From NCBI GenBank assembly GCA_963662435.1, contig OY759598.1:2078507-2142506 (forward strand): 64,000 nt of DNA, in the 5' to 3' direction. The notes beneath the pieces were generated by a model. It was given only the letters and a program-made list of their open reading frames with translations. It ran no database searches and was not told the origin of the DNA. The position numbers were made by a program, and so were the translations under genes. Source of the DNA: Dehalococcoidia bacterium (lineage in GTDB: Bacteria > Chloroflexota > Dehalococcoidia > Lucifugimonadales > VXLM01). Below are positions 59,178 through 64,000 of this stretch, piece by piece (positions within the stretch are counted from its first letter, which is position 1; each line of letters begins with the position of its first letter).

Positions 59178-62100
59178 GTGAACACAATGCTCAGGAACAT
59201 CTGGCGCTATTTTCTAGCCTTCTTGATATTTTCCACTGCAATGGGTGGATTGTTCCTTGTCATCAACCTATTTACGAGGTTGATGACAACGGGTTCTGCG
59301 GACATCTTTGCTGTCGCCGATTCCGAGAATCAAGCTGTCGGACTCTCCAACGGCTCCGTAATTGTCACCATTGCCGTTCTCACTTTAGGCATCCCATTAG
59401 CCGGGGGAGCGATCTTTCTCATCAACCGATGGCGCATCGTAAGGGAAATGAATCCGTCGCAATGGATCGTGCTCGTTTGCGGTGGAACTGCTCTCATGCT
59501 GGTCACGGCCACTCTGTATATGCTAATTCCCGATGCGCTGACCCAAGACCTCACCTACGCTCATCACATAGTCGATCCATCTCGTGTTCAACCTGGATGG
59601 TTACTGTCATTCTCCGCACTCTTCTTTCTAAGCGTTGTGGTGGTAATCGCCAGGCTTCGTAATTTGCGCGTCCCAATGCTACTGTGGCTAGCTCTTCTCT
59701 GGCCGGCTGCGATATTGTCGTTCACCTTCTTTGGGGGATCGGGTCTGTCCGGGCTCGGTCTCTTCAAGCAAGTTGGTCCTGTCCAGCTTTCTCCCGCATA
59801 CGCCAACGCTGTAGGTGAATATCGCAACGGTAGTAACTCCATCGTGGAGGGTTCGAGCAGTTCGCTATTGGAACGAATTGACCGGCTAAGCACCGAGGCC
59901 TCGGGACAAAGAACTGCTTCAATGGACTACTTACGTCAATCCGGTGCTTCCGTTAATCTGTTAGAAACCGGGGGTGCCGTGGTCAGAAGAGACGGCCTCA
60001 GCTGGTGGGTTCCCGGTACCACCGCAAGACAGGCGCCTTCGATTACGCGAACGCCTGTATTCGAGTTGGAAGGTGCGACGCATATCTCGTTCCTGCGTAC
60101 TGCAACGGGTGATGTTTATGAGAATGGCAATTGGGTTCAGAAGGATCCGGAAACTCTAACTTACGACACACCTTCTACTGACATTCGCGAAATAGTGCGC
60201 TCCGCTGTCACCTCGCCCAGTGATGAATTGCGGGCACTTCCTGCCTGGAGAGTAAACTCATCGTTGTTGATCGGGAACCAACGTTTTCTCAACGACGCTA
60301 CCGTGAATCGACTCACGATAAGACCGAGAGCATCCAGGCACATACCACCAAGTGTCGTGCCCAGCTCACTCCATCTTGAAGGTGTTTCTGAACGTGGACG
60401 GTTTAGGCCGTTCAGCGTCACTTTTTCTACTGCTGACTCTGTCGTTGAGTACTCATTCGAATCCAGAGTCTTGGAGTTTTCACGCCAGGAGCTACTAGAT
60501 GCTACTCCGGCTTCCGACTACACATACACCCAGTTGCCAGAGAATTTGCCCTCGCGTGTCACTCAACTCGCTCAGGAGATCACGACTGGAATAGCGACAC
60601 CTTACGAAAAAGCGAAGGCAATAGAGTCGTATCTGATCAGCAAGTACGCATATGTCTTCGTCGCTCCACTCGATCAAAACACGCCGCCACTCCACAGAGA
60701 TCCCGTTGATTGGTTCCTGTTCGAGCGTCAGACCGGCACGAGTGGCAATTTTTCCAGCGCATTTGTAGTGCTTGCAAGGTCCCTTGGAATTCCTGCGCGA
60801 GTCGTGTCTGGTTGGGTAGTCGGCCAAATGGAGGAATCCCAGACGGTATTCTCCGATCAGGCTCATCAGTGGGCCGAAGTAGCCTTCGAGAATCTGGGCT
60901 GGATCGCCTTCGACCCAACACCACCCGGTGGACCCGCCTCCCGGACGCCCAGAGTCGATGACACAATAGCGGAACAGCTCCAGTCCTCAGAATATCCCGG
61001 GAATGATGCTACTCTCGTAACTGAAGTAGCGGCGGAACGTCTAGTACTCGACCTGGACCACGCCGATCCTGTTGTTCGTAAGTCAGCCGCTATAGCGCTT
61101 GGGAATGAGAATTATCCGGAGGCGATCGGCCATCTTATCAGAAGGACTCTTTTCGATGATGATCCCGAAGTAAGGCAAGCTGCCGGAGAAGCTCTCAATA
61201 GTTTCGTAAGAGAATACCCCGATGTATTTGAACGGTTGGTGGAAACTGCGCTCTTCGACAATGATCGAAGAGCGAGAGTATTGGCTCTCAATCTATTGTT
61301 GGCCGGCCTCAATAGCAGGGACGTCCTTGTAAGGAGGGCTGCCGCCGAAGCCTTGCCTGAGCTTGGTGAGGTTGAGGCGATTGGTCTTCTCGTGCGGTCG
61401 GCACTCTTTGATGCAGATGATGAAGTGAGAAAGTCCTCAGCCGAATCCCTTGGCAAGCTAGATTCGGTAAGGGCGCGTGATCTCCTCGGGGAATCTCTTG
61501 GCGACGAAGACCCAACGGTGCGACATCTTGCAGCTCAGGCTCTGGGATACCTAGGCGATTTGGCGGCCATAGATCCCTTATTGAAGGCGGCTCTCTATGA
61601 TGAGAATGCGGGAGTGAGGCGAACGGCGGCCCTGGCGCTAGCCAGTCTCAAACATTCACGGGCGCTAAACCTGGTTGTAGATGAATTAGGGAACGAGGAC
61701 CCACGTGTGAGAGCGGCAGCAGCGGCGGCCTTGGGCCAGCTCGGCGATTTGCCTCACGTAGTCCGATGGTTGAATACGATGCTATTAGGAACGGCACTCT
61801 ACGATGACGACGTGGGTGTCAGGCGCTCGGCTACCGGAGCGCTTGGCAATTTGGATCGCGCCAAGGCTTTGATTCTCTTGGTAGAGACCCTAAGCAATGA
61901 GTCCTGGACAACGCGAATTGCTGCGGCGGAGGCTCTGGGCTTCCTTGGCGATTCGGCGGCGATTGGTCCACTCGTCGTAGTTGCCCTCTTGGACGAACGC
62001 GAGATTGTCAGGAAGTCGGCGGTCGAGGCACTTCGTACCGTTGATCCCAAGAGAGCCTTGGAGGGACTCCTAGATGCCTTGGACTACGCGAGTGAAAGCG

Positions 62101-64000
62101 TCCGAGAGGCCGCCGCGGAGGCGCTGACCTATCTTGGTGATCCGGCGGCTGCAGACCCTCTGCTGGAGATTCTCCTCTTTGATGAGTCACGGGGACTGAG
62201 GCAGGCCGCGGCTGAGGCCCTGCGCACCCTGGAACCAACACAGACGCTGGCGAAACTTCTTGAGTTTCTCGACGACGATAGTCCTGATAGACGACAGGCT
62301 GCAGCACGTGCCTTGGGCCATCTCGGCGATTCGGCAGCGGTCGACGCGTTGGGGCGGATTGTCCTCTTCGATATCGATCCGGACTTGAGATGGGCTGCGG
62401 TTACTGCGTTGGGCACTCTGGAAGATGAAGGCGTTTTTCAATACCTGCTGGAAGCGCTCCGAGACATCGACCCCCGTGTGCAGGAAGCGAGCGCGCAAGT
62501 ATTGGGTGATCTTGGTGATGGACGCTCAGTCAGTCCTCTCATTGACGTCGCCCTCTTCGACGACGACCAAAGCGTAAGAGAAGCAGCCGCCCACGCACTG
62601 GGTAGTTTGGAAGTCAACTACCAAAGAGCACTTACACGCCTGGTTGATGTTGCTGTCAGCGCCGACAATCCGTACGCAATATTACTAGCAGTAGATGCCT
62701 TGGTTTGGCTCCTAAGCAATCCTGATACACGCGTTCTCGAGGCCACGCTGGAAGCACTGGGAGAGTTGGGACATTCCTCGGCGATTGATCCCCTGATTGG
62801 GATGTTCCTATCTCATGACGATCAAGGTATCAGAGGAGCCGCCGGCCAAGCTCTCTTGGCACTGGCAGCCGCAGGCTCCGATGCGTTCAACAAATTGGTC
62901 GAGGCTGCGCTCGCCGGTGGTGACGAGAGCGCTCGCGCGCCAATTGCGGACTTTCTCGTTGAAGCCCTCAACGATGATGAACCGCTCGTGCGTATAGCTG
63001 CGGCGGAAGCATTGGGACATCTGAATGAACCTGCCGGGCTCACTCCCTTGGGAGCCGCAGCTCGTTCCGATGTGGATGCGCGGGTTAGGCAAGCGGCAGC
63101 CAGGGCCCTTGGGAAACTGAATTATCAAAGGTCGTTGGAGCTTCTGTTGGAGGTGCTCCATGACTCTGATTCCGACGTGCGAAACGCCGCAGTCGAAGCG
63201 CTGGGGGAACTGGGATACCCCGAGGCGGTCCCTCAGCTATTGCAAGTGGCCCTTTTCGATGGTGGCGAGCAAGTCAGGCAGTCTGCTGTCAAAGTGTTGA
63301 AAGACTTGGATCCGGTCTCGTCATTAGCGTTCCTGCTGTTTTCTCTGGTAAACCCGGACTCCTACATACGGAGCTCAGCCGTTGGTGCATTGACAATGTA
63401 CGGCGGTAGTGAGGTTTTTGATCCTCTGCTTAACGCCGCCCTTACGGATGAGAGTTCGGAAGTGAGGGGGAAAGCTGTCGAAGCTCTCAACCGATTGGAG
63501 CCTGCAAGGGCGTTGGATGCCTTACTTGATGTCCTCGATGACGCTGATCCAAGTGCAAGAAGTGCTGCCGTTGAAGCCTTTGGAAACCTCGGGAATCTGG
63601 ATGTGTTTGAACCTCTTATTAAAGTAGCTCTTACTGACGACATCGCCGACATACGTCTGATGGCAGTAGAAGTGGTTGATGCCCTCAACACCGTCAAGAC
63701 CAAAGAGACATTGATAGAAGCGCTCAGCAATTCGGACCCACGGACGAGGCAGGCTGCCGCGGAAGCATTCGGGATTCTCGGCCCTGGCGGCGTTGGAGTG
63801 GTCGAGGCGCTCCTGGCAACCGTTGCCGACTCCGACCCGTTCGTGAGAGAAGCTGCCCTGAGAGCCCTCGAACCCTTTGGCAATGCCGTCAGGCTGGAGA
63901 GTGGCGGGATTCTAGTCCCCATTTCCGGGGAATACGCCATAGTGCAAGGAACAACTGCGAGGCAGGCGACCGAACCCACTATCCAGCCGATAATGCAAGT
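59178..64000 (+). CDS. Giant membrane-anchored transglutaminase-like/HEAT-repeat protein (3' end outside window; absent from ORF track)
   Basis: Open frame after TGA at 59151-59153 (GTG 59178 or ATG 59187); about 5 TM helices; PYEKAKAIESYL, DPVDWFLFERQTGTSGNFSSAFVVLARSLGIPARVVSGW, AHQWAEV, GWIAFDPT; then HEAT repeats. Confidence 0.92.
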   Translation, partial: MNTMLRNIWRYFLAFLIFSTAMGGLFLVINLFTRLMTTGSADIFAVADSENQAVGLSNGSVIVTIAVLTLGIPLAGGAIFLINRWRIVREMNPSQWIVLVCGGTALMLVTATLYMLIPDALTQDLTYAHHIVDPSRVQPGWLLSFSALFFLSVVVVIARLRNLRVPMLLWLALLWPAAILSFTFFGGSGLSGLGLFKQVGPVQLSPAYANAVGEYRNGSNSIVEGSSSSLLERIDRLSTEASGQRTASMDYLRQSGASVNLLETGGAVVRRDGLSWWVPGTTARQAPSITRTPVFELEGATHISFLRTATGDVYENGNWVQKDPETLTYDTPSTDIREIVRSAVTSPSDELRALPAWRVNSSLLIGNQRFLNDATVNRLTIRPRASRHIPPSVVPSSLHLEGVSERGRFRPFSVTFSTADSVVEYSFESRVLEFSRQELLDATPASDYTYTQLPENLPSRVTQLAQEITTGIATPYEKAKAIESYLISKYAYVFVAPLDQNTPPLHRDPVDWFLFERQTGTSGNFSSAFVVLARSLGIPARVVSGWVVGQMEESQTVFSDQAHQWAEVAFENLGWIAFDPTPPGGPASRTPRVDDTIAEQLQSSEYPGNDATLVTEVAAERLVLDLDHADPVVRKSAAIALGNENYPEAIGHLIRRTLFDDDPEVRQAAGEALNSFVREYPDVFERLVETALFDNDRRARVLALNLLLAGLNSRDVLVRRAAAEALPELGEVEAIGLLVRSALFDADDEVRKSSAESLGKLDSVRARDLLGESLGDEDPTVRHLAAQALGYLGDLAAIDPLLKAALYDENAGVRRTAALALASLKHSRALNLVVDELGNEDPRVRAAAAAALGQLGDLPHVVRWLNTMLLGTALYDDDVGVRRSATGALGNLDRAKALILLVETLSNESWTTRIAAAEALGFLGDSAAIGPLVVVALLDEREIVRKSAVEALRTVDPKRALEGLLDALDYASESVREAAAEALTYLGDPAAADPLLEILLFDESRGLRQAAAEALRTLEPTQTLAKLLEFLDDDSPDRRQAAARALGHLGDSAAVDALGRIVLFDIDPDLRWAAVTALGTLEDEGVFQYLLEALRDIDPRVQEASAQVLGDLGDGRSVSPLIDVALFDDDQSVREAAAHALGSLEVNYQRALTRLVDVAVSADNPYAILLAVDALVWLLSNPDTRVLEATLEALGELGHSSAIDPLIGMFLSHDDQGIRGAAGQALLALAAAGSDAFNKLVEAALAGGDESARAPIADFLVEALNDDEPLVRIAAAEALGHLNEPAGLTPLGAAARSDVDARVRQAAARALGKLNYQRSLELLLEVLHDSDSDVRNAAVEALGELGYPEAVPQLLQVALFDGGEQVRQSAVKVLKDLDPVSSLAFLLFSLVNPDSYIRSSAVGALTMYGGSEVFDPLLNAALTDESSEVRGKAVEALNRLEPARALDALLDVLDDADPSARSAAVEAFGNLGNLDVFEPLIKVALTDDIADIRLMAVEVVDALNTVKTKETLIEALSNSDPRTRQAAAEAFGILGPGGVGVVEALLATVADSDPFVREAALRALEPFGNAVRLESGGILVPISGEYAIVQGTTARQATEPTIQPIMQ
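61040..63870 (+). repeat. About 30 HEAT/PBS-lyase-like protein repeats
   Basis: Recurring L.DED..VR..AAEALG.LGD..A..PL and AL(F/Y)DDD..VR..AA.AL units. Confidence 0.9.

Overview
About 64 kb of GC-rich bacterial chromosome. It is most consistent with a Chloroflexota (Dehalococcoidia/SAR202-like) genome, probably a sponge symbiont; this is inferred from gene repertoire, repeat families and a sup-like cassette. Housekeeping genes (pheT, moeA, hisS, rel, dnaJ, fabI, selD, kbl) are mixed with many catabolic hydrolases and oxidoreductases, one ISAs1, two near-identical IS5 copies, REP/MITE-like repeats and several pseudogenes. Highlights: (1) a Rieske plus molybdopterin-enzyme pair whose large subunit has IdrA-like rather than AioA active-site motifs, lacks adjacent idrP peroxidases and carries its own Tat-lipoprotein signal; (2) a >1600-aa ORF absent from the ORF track (59178 to the window end) with a membrane anchor, a transglutaminase-like domain with Ser at the catalytic Cys, about 30 HEAT repeats and the start of a second module; (3) a selenocysteine-encoding selD with in-frame UGA and SECIS-like hairpin; (4) an ACP/PPTase/hydrolase/permease cassette resembling supB-E without the supA PKS; (5) repeated leaderless-mRNA signatures. 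Family assignments come from motif recognition, not database searches.
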